Part shown: in pieces, positions 32,950-43,364 of the stretch
Layout: each line of letters opens with the position of its first letter
How positions within the stretch are numbered: position 1 is the stretch's first letter
Source of the DNA: a virus
Taxonomy: Duplodnaviria; Caudoviricetes
IMG/VR virus record: IMGVR_UViG_3300027804_000001
Location: 96,001-160,000 of that record
Reading direction: 5' to 3' (one strand)
Length of the DNA: 64,000 nt
Made by a program: the position numbers and the translations under genes
Notes under the pieces: generated by a model
Seen by the model: only the letters and a program-made list of their open reading frames with translations
What the model was told of the DNA's origin: nothing
Databases searched by the model: none

Positions 32950-33917
32950 CTTTCTTTAATCCAATTAAATGTTTTAGTTATACCATCTACTAGTGGTTGT
33001 GTGGGTTCCCAATTAAGAACTTGTTTAATTAATCTGTTATCGCTGTTCCTACCTCTTACTCCTTGTGGACCTGGTATATTTTTTATTGAAATATTCTTAT
33101 TACTAATGCCTATAACCATTTTTGCCAAATCATTAATTGAAATCATTTCTTCACTACCAATGTTTATTGGTTTATCATAATCTGATTCCATTAATTTAAT
33201 AACTGCGTCAATACATTCATCAACATATAAGAATGACCTTGTTTGTTTCCCATCACCCCAAATTTCTATAACACCATTATCCTCAACATGTGCTACCTTT
33301 CTACATATTGCAGCTGGTGCCTTTTCTCTTCCACCATCATATGTTCCATAAGGACCAAACACATTATGAAATCTACCTATTCTCACATCAACACCATAGT
33401 TTCTTTTGAATGTTGAGTACAATCTTTCACTGAATAATTTTTCCCAACCATATTCACTATCAGGATATGCGGGATATGCTGAGGATTCTTCACATATTGG
33501 ACTGTCGGGATTTAATTGATTGTGTTCATTATAAACACAAGCCGATGATGCGAAGAAAAACTTTTTAACATTTGATTTCGTTCCGATGTTTAAAACATTA
33601 AGATTAATCATCATTGAGTTGTGAACGACTTCGGCGTCATTGTCACCGGTATTGATATATCCGGCACCACCCATGTCTGCGGCTAACTGATAAACCTCAT
33701 CAAACGAATCAGAATCGTCAGGTGAAATTAATACCCTTTCAACAAACTTTGAATCTCGTAAATCACCTAAAAAAAATTCATGACAGAATTCAGATTCATT
33801 AAAATATTCGTGTCTTTTTATATCGACTGAACGGACAAAACAACCGTTCTCTTTTAATCTTTTTGAAAGGTGACCACCTATGAAACCACCACCACCTAAA
33901 ACTAATACTTTTTTCAT
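32946..33917 (-). CDS. NAD-dependent epimerase, GDP-mannose 3,5-epimerase-like
   Basis: GGGGFIG, LAADMGGAGYI, YGWEK. Confidence 0.85.
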   Translation of the reverse strand: MKKVLVLGGGGFIGGHLSKRLKENGCFVRSVDIKRHEYFNESEFCHEFFLGDLRDSKFVERVLISPDDSDSFDEVYQLAADMGGAGYINTGDNDAEVVHNSMMINLNVLNIGTKSNVKKFFFASSACVYNEHNQLNPDSPICEESSAYPAYPDSEYGWEKLFSERLYSTFKRNYGVDVRIGRFHNVFGPYGTYDGGREKAPAAICRKVAHVEDNGVIEIWGDGKQTRSFLYVDECIDAVIKLMESDYDKPINIGSEEMISINDLAKMVIGISNKNISIKNIPGPQGVRGRNSDNRLIKQVLNWEPTQPLVDGITKTFNWIKER

Positions 33918-33933
33918 GTTGATAATATAAGTA

Positions 33934-35334
33934 TTAATTTTTGAAATATAAATCTCTAATTTTTAGACTAAAGTTATCGTATAAGAAATAATCTTTCGAT
34001 TCAAATTTACCACTATTTTTAACTAAAACTTTTTTATTGTAAACCATATTTTTTGAATTATCTTCTTTGGTGTTTGCATAAAAACTTAAAAATGATATAT
34101 CTTTTTTACCATCATTATTAACATCAGAATAGGTAAGTTTGGTATAAAACCACGGAGTCGTAAAATCAAAACATGAATTATCAATCTCAAAATTCATCTT
34201 ATCTTTTTGAATATAGGTGTTCATTGAATATTTGTCTCCCGTCATATAATTCAATAAAAACAAAATATCATACTTCCCATCATTATTAACATCATCAATT
34301 ATCAAGTCTTGTATTTCTCTTCTGTCTGTTGGGTGATTTAATGGTAGCTTTATGATGTCTTGGTTAACAAATTTTCCATTATTATTTTTATTTAAAAGAA
34401 TTCTTTGATAATACATATTTGATTTATCTGCACCAAATGCAATAATATCATTTTTTCCATCTTTGTTAATGTCAAATATTCTACCACCAAATGTGTGGTC
34501 TGCACAATCAGAACAAGGTGATAATCCTACTTGATTATTAAAAATTGAATTGTTGAAATCACTTGCAAAGAATACTCTATCTTCCCTTTTAAAATATGGA
34601 AATTCCATAATACCCCAAAATATGTAATTTATGGAATTACATGCTATGAATAAATCATCAATACCATCACCATTGAGGTCACCAATATCACCACCCATTT
34701 TTCTTTGGTTCATTACTTTAAAAAACTCATCATATTCTGTGGTTAATATTTCTTTAACATCATAACGACCATTGCCATCACTTAAAACAATTCTGACTGG
34801 TTCATCTTTTCCTGTATTGGTTTGTCCTTCATCTCCATTATCCAATATCAATAAATCAACATAGTTATCGTTATTAAAATCTTTTGGGATAACCGTGTGA
34901 GCATTACCACCAATCACTTTTATCAACTTGTCATTAAAGAGATTTTGTTCCTCAAAAGTTTGATTTTTAACACTCCAAATTAAAAAGGAAGCAGCGGCTC
35001 TAATGTAACCATCATAACTTGCACCAGGATTAAAAATGTCAAGATACCCGTCATTATTAAAATCACCCCAAGAAACTGAAGATGTTTGAACCTCTTGTGA
35101 AGGTAGTGTTGATTTTTGAAACACCGCACAATATAAATCTGCCGGATAGGGTATGTTTCTCCAATATTCTTTACCCAAAGATTTCTCATTTAAATTTATT
35201 TTAAATAAATTTAAATCGATTTTCGAAGTTGTTGATTCGGTACCAATAATTTCAACGGGTAGTATATCATCCTTCTCACAAGATGATAATAAACAAACTA
35301 ATAATAAAAAACCAAATAGTTTTTTAACCAACAT
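33934..35334 (-). CDS. FG-GAP/VCBS-repeat lipoprotein
   Basis: LLSSC lipobox; repeated DFNNDG/DLNGDG/DVNNDG. Confidence 0.8.
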   Translation of the reverse strand: MLVKKLFGFLLLVCLLSSCEKDDILPVEIIGTESTTSKIDLNLFKINLNEKSLGKEYWRNIPYPADLYCAVFQKSTLPSQEVQTSSVSWGDFNNDGYLDIFNPGASYDGYIRAAASFLIWSVKNQTFEEQNLFNDKLIKVIGGNAHTVIPKDFNNDNYVDLLILDNGDEGQTNTGKDEPVRIVLSDGNGRYDVKEILTTEYDEFFKVMNQRKMGGDIGDLNGDGIDDLFIACNSINYIFWGIMEFPYFKREDRVFFASDFNNSIFNNQVGLSPCSDCADHTFGGRIFDINKDGKNDIIAFGADKSNMYYQRILLNKNNNGKFVNQDIIKLPLNHPTDRREIQDLIIDDVNNDGKYDILFLLNYMTGDKYSMNTYIQKDKMNFEIDNSCFDFTTPWFYTKLTYSDVNNDGKKDISFLSFYANTKEDNSKNMVYNKKVLVKNSGKFESKDYFLYDNFSLKIRDLYFKN

Positions 35335-35503
35335 AGTATTCTTCTTTTAAATTATTGTTTTCAAACTCTTGTCTAACCATGTAACAATCCAATTCAGAAC
35401 TTCTCATGGACTTTAATTTTCTTTCTGCTTGTTCTAATGATTCACATTCGAAAATTTCATCACCAGTTCTAACTTCGTATTTATAAGTAATTTTTATTTT
35501 CAT
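35324..35503 (-). CDS. hypothetical protein, 59 aa (not in track)
   Basis: MKIKITYKYEVRTG...; fills an operon gap. Confidence 0.6.
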   Translation of the reverse strand: MKIKITYKYEVRTGDEIFECESLEQAERKLKSMRSSELDCYMVRQEFENNNLKEEYYVG

Positions 35504-35504
35504 A

Positions 35505-35759
35505 TTATTGATTTAAATAACAATTGTGTTTAGTTGCAACAATAAGTTTCAAATATTTCAAACACTCATTATCCGCTCGATTAATTGTTTGGTATAAGTC
35601 ATTATTAATAACAGATTGTACAAAACTACCACCCATCATAAACTTATCTCTTGTCATCATAACTGAGGCCATTACGTCAATTATGTGAATTGATGGTGTT
35701 TCGTTATACTCTCCAGCAAATTTTTTTACTCTTTCGTAATAATCTTCTCTTTTAATCAT
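35505..35759 (-). CDS. hypothetical protein
   Basis: 84-aa ORF. Confidence 0.75.
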   Translation of the reverse strand: MIKREDYYERVKKFAGEYNETPSIHIIDVMASVMMTRDKFMMGGSFVQSVINNDLYQTINRADNECLKYLKLIVATKHNCYLNQ

Positions 35760-36301
35760 GATTTATATAATCTTAAATTGTTATAATAAGCTACAGAATT
35801 TTCTTCCGCAAGAACACCATACTCTTTTTTTACGTTTTCATAAATGGCTTTAGTATTGTCGTTTATGTATTTTGCAATGATGTTACAAAACCCGTAATTA
35901 GACTCGTCAACCACTTCTTGTGGTGTACCGGGTAACCCACAATAATTTGCCTCACCAACTTCGCTGATGAACATGCCACTATAAAACCCCTTCAAATTAT
36001 ATTTTTGAACGAATTGGTCGGCGTTGCACCAAATAAAAACTGAGTTGTCTTTTTCTCGTAATAATGGAACTGTGGTTTGGTCTATTACAAACCCACCGGA
36101 ATTTCTAAATTTTCCAATTGAAAATAGTCCCCAAGGAGACCCATGACCCATCATCATTACTCTGTCGTGTTTCTCAATCAGTTTGTTTAATTCCGATTTA
36201 GTGACACCACCAGTTATGACTGTTTTGTTCTCAATTGGTTGATAAACAATATCCAAAAAGGATGTTGTTTTATCTTCTGGATGTATGATTAATGTTTTCA
36301 T
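35756..36301 (-). CDS. hypothetical protein
   Basis: 181-aa ORF; MMGHGSP. Confidence 0.8.
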   Translation of the reverse strand: MKTLIIHPEDKTTSFLDIVYQPIENKTVITGGVTKSELNKLIEKHDRVMMMGHGSPWGLFSIGKFRNSGGFVIDQTTVPLLREKDNSVFIWCNADQFVQKYNLKGFYSGMFISEVGEANYCGLPGTPQEVVDESNYGFCNIIAKYINDNTKAIYENVKKEYGVLAEENSVAYYNNLRLYKS

Positions 36302-36352
36302 ACCCCAAAATTAAGGATATTTTTTAATATACCAAAAAAAATCTAGTATTTT

Positions 36353-36724
36353 TTAATATAAAGAATGTATCTTATTGATAATCAATTCGGTATGTTCTCT
36401 ATATCCCTCTTCGGTTTCACACCTATTTTGATGTGTTTTAATTGAATGGATGGCGGTAGTGTGATCACGACCACTAACCATTTTACCAACTGATTCATAT
36501 GAGTATCCGAACTCTTTCTTCATTATTGTACAAAAAATGTGACGAGCGTTTACAATGGTACCCTTTCTTGACCTGGATAAAATATCCTCAACAGATACCC
36601 CACATTGTTCAGAAACAATCTTAAGAATATCCTCGGGTTTAACTAAACTTCTTTTTTGAGTTTTGGATGGTTTTGGTAAGTATTTAGATTTGATACCAGG
36701 GAAAACATAAGGACTTATCTTCAT
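36353..36724 (-). CDS. stand-alone DnaA C-terminal (domain IV) DNA-binding protein
   Basis: ILKIVSEQCGVSVEDILSRSRKGTIVNARHI...SYESVG...GRDHTTAIHSI. Confidence 0.85.
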   Translation of the reverse strand: MKISPYVFPGIKSKYLPKPSKTQKRSLVKPEDILKIVSEQCGVSVEDILSRSRKGTIVNARHIFCTIMKKEFGYSYESVGKMVSGRDHTTAIHSIKTHQNRCETEEGYREHTELIINKIHSLY

Positions 36725-36756
36725 ACGTAATATTTTGAACGAAGATAAGTCTTTTA

Positions 36757-36990
36757 TTAATAATTTCCACTTAAAAAAACATAAATAACTTCAGGAATTT
36801 TGGTACAAGTTCTTTCATTTCCGTTAGAGTCAGAACATGGAATAGATGGTAAATTGTTAATATACTTTCTAAGTTCCTTTGGTCCTTTTTTTAATTTATC
36901 CACAACATAATCTCTACTATAAAGTTTATCTTCATCATAGTATTCTGACAGGAGGTTCTTGTATTGGGTTTCGGAAATAATAATCTTCAT
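36757..36990 (-). CDS. hypothetical protein with MKIIISETQY motif
   Basis: N-terminal motif; TATTTAT upstream. Confidence 0.75.
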   Translation of the reverse strand: MKIIISETQYKNLLSEYYDEDKLYSRDYVVDKLKKGPKELRKYINNLPSIPCSDSNGNERTCTKIPEVIYVFLSGNY

Positions 36991-37005
36991 ACCAATAAAT
37001 ATATA

Positions 37006-38016
37006 CTATGTCCTGTTTTCTGTTGACCCTGAATAATATATTGGTGTTTCAGTTGTTGTTAAGAAATAATTCTCACTAACGGTTTCTTCAGTTGGGGTTT
37101 CTAATTCTTCTACCGCCCTCTCCGCCGCTCTTCTGATATAGTCAACTCTTGGTTCCGCCTCGATTGGTACGGGTTCTATCAAATCACTAATCCTATTTTT
37201 AAGTTCATAACGTTTTAGAAGTTCGTCTTCTCTGATTCTCTCCTCGTCCGATAATAAGAACCTATTGGTCTTAGTTCCCTTGCCTCTTGACTCATTGAAT
37301 ATAACCGTTCTTAATTCATCAGTTAGTTCTGTTTCTAAAGAATCGACTCTTCTATCTTTTTGATCCCAAAAAGAAAACTCGGGGTCATTTTTTTCTAAAG
37401 AATAGAAAGACGCAACTTTGTAACCACTTTTTTTGTTAAGACAATATATTAATACTCCCTTTTTGGTATATCTCATAAAATGTTCAACATTACCTTCAGA
37501 TGTTGTGCACCATTTTGTATTAGAACCATATTTTTTAGATGATAGGTATGTTAGTGGTCTAATTAATAACCACTCATCATTTTCAAAAACAACCTTAACT
37601 TGTTTCTCCAATTCTTTATGGTCAATTATTATTTCGGCCATGTTTAAAGAATTGATGATTTCATCAAAATCACTATAACGACTTAAATCATTTTGTTTTA
37701 TTAAACCTCTTTCATTGTATTCACAAAACTTTATAAAAGACTTTAAATCTGTTCTATTAAACATATCTAAAATTCTATAGAACATCAAAATCTCCATTTG
37801 ATGTAACTCATTTAGATACTCAACATTAATATCAAACTCGTCTTTTAAAATTGTTTTTACTTCTTTAATGTGTGACTCTATTCCTGGTGTTTTCTTTATA
37901 ATTCTTAATAGAGTTTCTGTGTACTTTGATTTTCTTTCAGGTACAAGGATTGAAAAAATATTAAAAAGATTAATATTATTTTCGGGTAATGATTTTAATT
38001 CTTTGATTCTAGACAT
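37006..38016 (-). CDS. conserved large-phage hypothetical protein
   Basis: SKKYGSNTKWCT motif. Confidence 0.8.
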   Translation of the reverse strand: MSRIKELKSLPENNINLFNIFSILVPERKSKYTETLLRIIKKTPGIESHIKEVKTILKDEFDINVEYLNELHQMEILMFYRILDMFNRTDLKSFIKFCEYNERGLIKQNDLSRYSDFDEIINSLNMAEIIIDHKELEKQVKVVFENDEWLLIRPLTYLSSKKYGSNTKWCTTSEGNVEHFMRYTKKGVLIYCLNKKSGYKVASFYSLEKNDPEFSFWDQKDRRVDSLETELTDELRTVIFNESRGKGTKTNRFLLSDEERIREDELLKRYELKNRISDLIEPVPIEAEPRVDYIRRAAERAVEELETPTEETVSENYFLTTTETPIYYSGSTENRT

Positions 38017-38333
38017 TATCTTTTACGTTTATATTTGAATCCATAAAATTCATAATTTTTATGGACGGATTCCTCGTCATTAAAATGAATTGCATCCTCT
38101 TCATTTGGGTATATAGCATCTACCGGACATTCAGGTAAACAAGCACCACAATCAATACAAATATCAGGATTAATATACAATTGTTTATTTTCTAATTCCT
38201 CTTTGGTCATGTCGTCTAATTCTTTTCCCATACCATCCACTTTGATTGGTCCATTAATACAATCAACGGGACAGACTTTAACACAAGCCGCGTCACAAAT
38301 AGAAACACATTTATTACCAATGATATATGACAT
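38016..38333 (-). CDS. 4Fe-4S dicluster ferredoxin
   Basis: CVSICDAACVKVCPVDCI and CIDCGACLPECPVDAI. Confidence 0.9.
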   Translation of the reverse strand: MSYIIGNKCVSICDAACVKVCPVDCINGPIKVDGMGKELDDMTKEELENKQLYINPDICIDCGACLPECPVDAIYPNEEDAIHFNDEESVHKNYEFYGFKYKRKR

Positions 38334-38334
38334 A

Positions 38335-38805
38335 TTATAATTCTAAGACTTTTAATTGATCTATTGTGTGTTTTGTATTAAGATGAAGTATTCCGATACC
38401 ACCAGCCTCAATCCAATCATTTATATTTTCAGGTCTATCGTCAATCAAAATAGAGTTTGGTTCGGATAAATCTTTTTTGTTTTTTGCGTACTTTAAAATT
38501 AGTTCTACACCCGGTAATTCTCTTTCAACCCAACTGATTTTACCGATACGAGATTCAACATTTCTTGATGGTGCGGACAATATTTTTGGATTATGTTTTT
38601 GAATATATTTCCAAAGTCTTTTACCATCATTTTTCCAGTCCATATTAGTCCAGAACTCAACTCCTGCTTTGTTAATTGGTTCCCAAAATTTAGGACCATC
38701 GTGAAATTTATTTGATAAATCAATTCCCGTCAATTTAAGATATGCCCCATCAAAGTCCGTTAGGACACCATCCAAATCACAATATATTTTATACTTTGAT
38801 TCCAT
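38335..38805 (-). CDS. HAD-family 5'(3')-deoxyribonucleotidase-like
   Basis: CDLDGVLTD, ILSAP, LIDD. Confidence 0.8.
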   Translation of the reverse strand: MESKYKIYCDLDGVLTDFDGAYLKLTGIDLSNKFHDGPKFWEPINKAGVEFWTNMDWKNDGKRLWKYIQKHNPKILSAPSRNVESRIGKISWVERELPGVELILKYAKNKKDLSEPNSILIDDRPENINDWIEAGGIGILHLNTKHTIDQLKVLEL

Positions 38806-38887
38806 ATTGAAAAGATATCATTTTTTTCTGATAAAAACAAAAAAACCCCAAAAAATTTGGGGTTTTGATATTAAAAAGGGTATTAAT

Positions 38888-39124
38888 TTATTTTGTTTTT
38901 ACAACAATTTCAGGGTTTTCTTGGTCACCATTTTTTATAACATAGAAGTTACCTTGGTCATCTTGTCCAAGAGCCAACTCAACCGAAGCCTCATGTTCGT
39001 CAGCACCAGGTCTTTCTTCTGGTTGTATTTGGGTATCAAAATCATCAAATCCTTCAGATTCTTTAAGGATGTTTTCAACGATTTTTTCGATATCAGATTG
39101 TTTTAATTTAATAATTTTAGCCAT
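38888..39124 (-). CDS. acidic hypothetical protein with KIIKLKQSDIEKIV motif
   Basis: TATTTATATATAAATA upstream. Confidence 0.75.
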   Translation of the reverse strand: MAKIIKLKQSDIEKIVENILKESEGFDDFDTQIQPEERPGADEHEASVELALGQDDQGNFYVIKNGDQENPEIVVKTK

Positions 39125-39177
39125 ATCAATATTGTTATTTATATATAAATACTTTAAAAATATAAAAATTGTTGGAC

Positions 39178-39759
39178 TTAGATTAATTCATAATCTATGT
39201 CACCATAGTCATCAAAATCATCATTCTCGTCGTGCCCCTCACCTTCTTCGGCTTTTCTATATGCTTCACAAACACTTCTAGCCATTACTGTGTGTGTCCA
39301 TGATTGTACACAACTTCTTGAACATTGGATGGTGTATTCCTGTTCTTCATTATCTACCCAATTTTCATCTTCTTCCTCACATTCTTCAGTGTTAATAGTA
39401 ACAGAAGAATCTTCTCTTTTCATTTTATCAAACTCCTCGATAACATCGTTTCTAAATCGCTTTAATTGATCATATGATTTAAAATCAAAACTAAACATAC
39501 CTAGTTCAGATTTTAGGGTAACATTTACATGTTCTGGTTCACCTTCTTTGTATTGATTTTCCTTTGTGTAACTTACATAATACCCATCACACTCACCAAA
39601 TTCAATTTGTGTCTCATCTGGGTAAAGACTCATCCAAAAACTATCTGAATTGTCTTCTTGCATTTTTTTATATTCACTTTCTAATGATTGCAATTCTTTA
39701 ATTGCGTTAGAGTATCTTTTTTCAAAGTCTTTCTCCCATTTTTTAGTACGTTTAGGCAT
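39178..39759 (-). CDS. acidic hypothetical protein
   Basis: 193-aa ORF. Confidence 0.8.
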   Translation of the reverse strand: MPKRTKKWEKDFEKRYSNAIKELQSLESEYKKMQEDNSDSFWMSLYPDETQIEFGECDGYYVSYTKENQYKEGEPEHVNVTLKSELGMFSFDFKSYDQLKRFRNDVIEEFDKMKREDSSVTINTEECEEEDENWVDNEEQEYTIQCSRSCVQSWTHTVMARSVCEAYRKAEEGEGHDENDDFDDYGDIDYELI

Positions 39760-39760
39760 A

Positions 39761-40114
39761 TTATTTTGTTTTTTTTCTGGTTTTTACAAAAGGTTCGTCA
39801 CTTTTAACACCATCAAATTGTTTTGGATTTCTTTTTTTCTTTTTCGGTTGAAGTTCTTCAGGATTAATATAATCCAATTCGGTCTCACCCGGTTCAATGT
39901 TTATAAATTGATTAACAAATTTATCCATGTTTATATAATAATAAACAAAGCAAATTGTAAACAATCCGAGAATTCCCGATAGTATATTAAGCATAGTATT
40001 TGCTGCAGTCAAACCGGGAAACACAATGAATGTTAGGATTGCGAATGTACCGAATCCAACAAAGATTGGTGATGATGTTTTCTGTGAGAAAACTTTTTTA
40101 AAGAGGTCTTTCAT
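39761..40114 (-). CDS. membrane protein
   Basis: Two TM helices; start reassigned to MKDLFK. Confidence 0.7.
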   Translation of the reverse strand: MKDLFKKVFSQKTSSPIFVGFGTFAILTFIVFPGLTAANTMLNILSGILGLFTICFVYYYINMDKFVNQFINIEPGETELDYINPEELQPKKKKRNPKQFDGVKSDEPFVKTRKKTK

Positions 40115-40337
40115 TTTTTTAGGTTTAGTAAGTTTGTTAAGGATGGTTGGGTTCAAAGTTCCGATTTAATAAATCTTAAAGGAGTTTTAAAGTTTGAGAG
40201 TTAACTTTTGATAATTTGAATGTTAATTTTTGAGTCCACTTAACTTCATCAATTTATCAGACTTTATAGATTTGTTAGCAAAGACTTGTAGTCTTCGACT
40301 TGATTTATAAATCTTCCCCTATTCCCCAACCAATATT

Positions 40338-40775
40338 TTAATCAATCAATGTGTTGTGATTCCATTGGTCAAGTTCATCTTGGAGAGATTCAATTCTCAA
40401 CTCAAGGTTCTTCACCATTTTATCTTTTTCAACCACATTAATTTCAGCGTGTTTAACGACAGGTTCACCTTCTCCCCATCTTCCACCGGCAACTTTACCT
40501 GAGGAACAATTGAGTCCTTTCAACTGTTTAACTTGATTTTTTAATTCTGACAATTCAAAAATCTTATCATAAACTGGAAGGTTTGCCTTATGGATTTGTG
40601 TTTTCAACACAATAAGATCATTAGATAACATCATCCAATTACCTATCGCCTCTGTTGCCGAGTATGGACGCGGATTACCTTCATCAACAACATTATATTG
40701 TGATGCCTTATAAAATTCTTGGTGAATTTCACCAACGAGTTTGTTTTTCTTTTTTAATGCTTGTTTGATGTTCAT
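40338..40775 (-). CDS. coiled-coil hypothetical protein
   Basis: 145-aa ORF. Confidence 0.75.
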   Translation of the reverse strand: MNIKQALKKKNKLVGEIHQEFYKASQYNVVDEGNPRPYSATEAIGNWMMLSNDLIVLKTQIHKANLPVYDKIFELSELKNQVKQLKGLNCSSGKVAGGRWGEGEPVVKHAEINVVEKDKMVKNLELRIESLQDELDQWNHNTLID

Positions 40776-40926
40776 GTTTCTATTTTAAAATTTACCCCAT
40801 TGAGATTTGTTACGGTTTTCTTCTGCAATTTTAAACCCTAACAAAATATCTTTGAGAATTATTTTTATTTTTTGAAATACTTTTTTCATAATAGAATATA
40901 AATAAAATTTTTGAATAAAAAAAATA

Positions 40927-41580
40927 TTAACCAACAATTCCCACAATATCATCCAAGTGATGATCTAAAGGACCCATCTCACTACCAATTTCTTTCTTCT
41001 TTAACATCTTAATCACATCATGTAAATTGTATGGGCGGAAGTCGGGATTACCATCCATACCAATGTCCATTCTTCTACCGTTACTGATTTTCTGGTTGTG
41101 TGGTAAATGACAATGTCCATGTAGATGAATACGACCCTTACGAAGTCCGTTCCAACTTGAAATGGGATAGTGACACATCTCAATCGTTTCACCTTGATAT
41201 TCAAATTGTTCAAACCAATTAACTGATTTGAAAAGGTTTCGAACATTACCTCTGTTTCTGTCGATGTGATGGTCATGATTACCAAGAACTAAGTGAATAT
41301 TTTTACAAACTAATCTATTATAAAACTCTTCAATGTTTTCAAACCCACCGAACGACCAATCACCTAAATGAATTAATACATCATCTTGACCAACCACATC
41401 ATTGATGTTGTTAACAATTGCCGAATTCATCCTTTCGATAGTATCAAAAGGACGTGTTTGTGATTCAGGAACACCACCATTGGGTAATCTCCAATTGGTC
41501 ACACCACGACATATATTCCGATGTGAATAGTGTGTGTCGGAAGTAATCCATACCTTAATATCGTTATCTAATTTTATCAT
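40927..41580 (-). CDS. calcineurin-like metallophosphoesterase
   Basis: SDTH, GD, GNHD, HGHCH. Confidence 0.85.
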   Translation of the reverse strand: MIKLDNDIKVWITSDTHYSHRNICRGVTNWRLPNGGVPESQTRPFDTIERMNSAIVNNINDVVGQDDVLIHLGDWSFGGFENIEEFYNRLVCKNIHLVLGNHDHHIDRNRGNVRNLFKSVNWFEQFEYQGETIEMCHYPISSWNGLRKGRIHLHGHCHLPHNQKISNGRRMDIGMDGNPDFRPYNLHDVIKMLKKKEIGSEMGPLDHHLDDIVGIVG

Positions 41581-41644
41581 TGTGAATAGTCAAATATTCT
41601 GAAACAAAAATAAGTATTATTTTGTATATTCCAAAATATTTCAA

Positions 41645-41673
41645 AAAAAATCCCCACATTAATGTGGGGATTG
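41645..41673 (-). terminator. intrinsic terminator (near-identical stem at 45310-45340)
   Basis: ATCCCCACAT/ATGTGGGGAT with an A-run on the plus side. Confidence 0.75.
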
Positions 41674-41679
41674 TATCAT

Positions 41680-43257
41680 TTAGTTATTCATTATCTTCAT
41701 TAACTGAAGTGAGACATCACTCCAATATGTATCCCAAAAGAATTCATCATCTGAACTAACACCCATAGAATCGATTCTATATTGGGTTTGTGCCATTGAT
41801 GCTAGTAATTGTTGAAATCCTAATTTAGATTCTTTAGGAAGATTTGAATATATTCTTCTATAAAACTGATGTGAAGTGTTAATGTAAATTACAAACAAAC
41901 CATTCTCAAAAGTTAACTTCCAAAACACACTACCAGTTTCAAATGGTTCGAACTTGAATTCGTACAATTTTTTCTCAACAACTCTTGCTTTTGTCGGTTG
42001 TTTGTCTTTTGATTTATCTTTACTTGGCTTATTGGGGTCGACATCGAACTCAACTCTTCTTTTCTTTTTTTCTCCTGTTTCGGGTGCCTGAAAACCAGCG
42101 TTTACTGCCGATTTGTTTAATGCCTTTACAATATCAATATTCTCTTTTTCTTCTTCCACAGAAACTACGGTCTTTCTTGCCTTAAGCTCTTCGTTTCTTT
42201 TATTTCTACCCCATAACAACAACTCACCAATTTTCTTATATAAATCAGGATTTCTTTCTTTATTAATCTTTAAACCTGAAGTCTTATTAAAATTAATGTT
42301 GAAATATGATGTTAAAGTTTTTGGGATTGTGAATTCAATTCTACATCTTGAATACCAAGAATCAAATAATTTAGTACCTAAAGTTGTTCCACCAACTTCA
42401 ATGTATCTACCACCATAAATCACATAACAACCATATTTGTTGAATGACCATGTATCTGATGCGGTTTCTTGGTCTTCGGAACTACTTACTTTAAGATCCC
42501 AAGATTTTTTCTCTTCTAATCCATCAATTGCAACCGCCTCCAACTTAATTTTTTCACCTTTTACTTCTGTCTCAACAAAATTTGTTTGGGTTTTATCACT
42601 ATATCTATATAATGGGTCAACACCAATAACCTGTTCTTCATTTACAAAAAATCCAATGTTGTTATTTTTTAGTGTTGGATAAAAGACAACTCCTAAATTT
42701 TTCTTTAACACGCTAGCATGAAAATTAACACAATTATTAATGGTAATTGTTGTTCCTAATTCAGAGTCCAATGGTAATGTGTAAACATCTAAATTTCTTA
42801 CATTAGTTAATGGATTCCAAATCAATTTTGTTTTTTCAGTACCATTGTTTGTTATAATCTCAATTGCAGAATAAACATCGGTATTTTCTGAATTTAATAA
42901 ATTCAATGTTGATGTTTTCATTCCCATACCGAAATAACCAATTTCATTATCCTCATAAACTCTATTACAACCTAAATTCATGTTGTTACAAAGTTGATTT
43001 AAGGACATTCCACAACCATTATCCTTAATGATTAAGGTTGAGGTTTTTTTGTCATAAATTAATTCGATTTTTGTGGCTCCACCATCGACAGAGTTATCAA
43101 ATAACTCGTAAATTGCGGTGTAAGTGTCGTAGTTAACACTTGTTAAAGATTCAAGGAAGAATCTGTCTGTTGTTTCAATTTTTTTAGAACTGTGGTAAAC
43201 AGGTACCATTTCTCCGTTTTGAGACACAGCTTTAGTGTCTGTTACGTTTTCTTTCAT
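41680..43257 (-). CDS. GHKL (MORC/Hsp90-like) ATPase
   Basis: ELFDNSVD, DNGCGM, GYFGMGMK, GTTITI. Confidence 0.85.
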   Translation of the reverse strand: MKENVTDTKAVSQNGEMVPVYHSSKKIETTDRFFLESLTSVNYDTYTAIYELFDNSVDGGATKIELIYDKKTSTLIIKDNGCGMSLNQLCNNMNLGCNRVYEDNEIGYFGMGMKTSTLNLLNSENTDVYSAIEIITNNGTEKTKLIWNPLTNVRNLDVYTLPLDSELGTTITINNCVNFHASVLKKNLGVVFYPTLKNNNIGFFVNEEQVIGVDPLYRYSDKTQTNFVETEVKGEKIKLEAVAIDGLEEKKSWDLKVSSSEDQETASDTWSFNKYGCYVIYGGRYIEVGGTTLGTKLFDSWYSRCRIEFTIPKTLTSYFNINFNKTSGLKINKERNPDLYKKIGELLLWGRNKRNEELKARKTVVSVEEEKENIDIVKALNKSAVNAGFQAPETGEKKKRRVEFDVDPNKPSKDKSKDKQPTKARVVEKKLYEFKFEPFETGSVFWKLTFENGLFVIYINTSHQFYRRIYSNLPKESKLGFQQLLASMAQTQYRIDSMGVSSDDEFFWDTYWSDVSLQLMKIMNN

Positions 43258-43364
43258 AATGATTTTTTTTTAATGTTAAAATTTTATTAACATCACAAAT
43301 ATATGAAGAATATTTTGAATAAAAAAATAATATAGAAAAAAGTTTTCCACATTATTATATAATG

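Noticed and set aside
36895-36903. DnaA box TTATCCACA
   Set aside because: Isolated, inside a CDS, and about one chance hit is expected per window.
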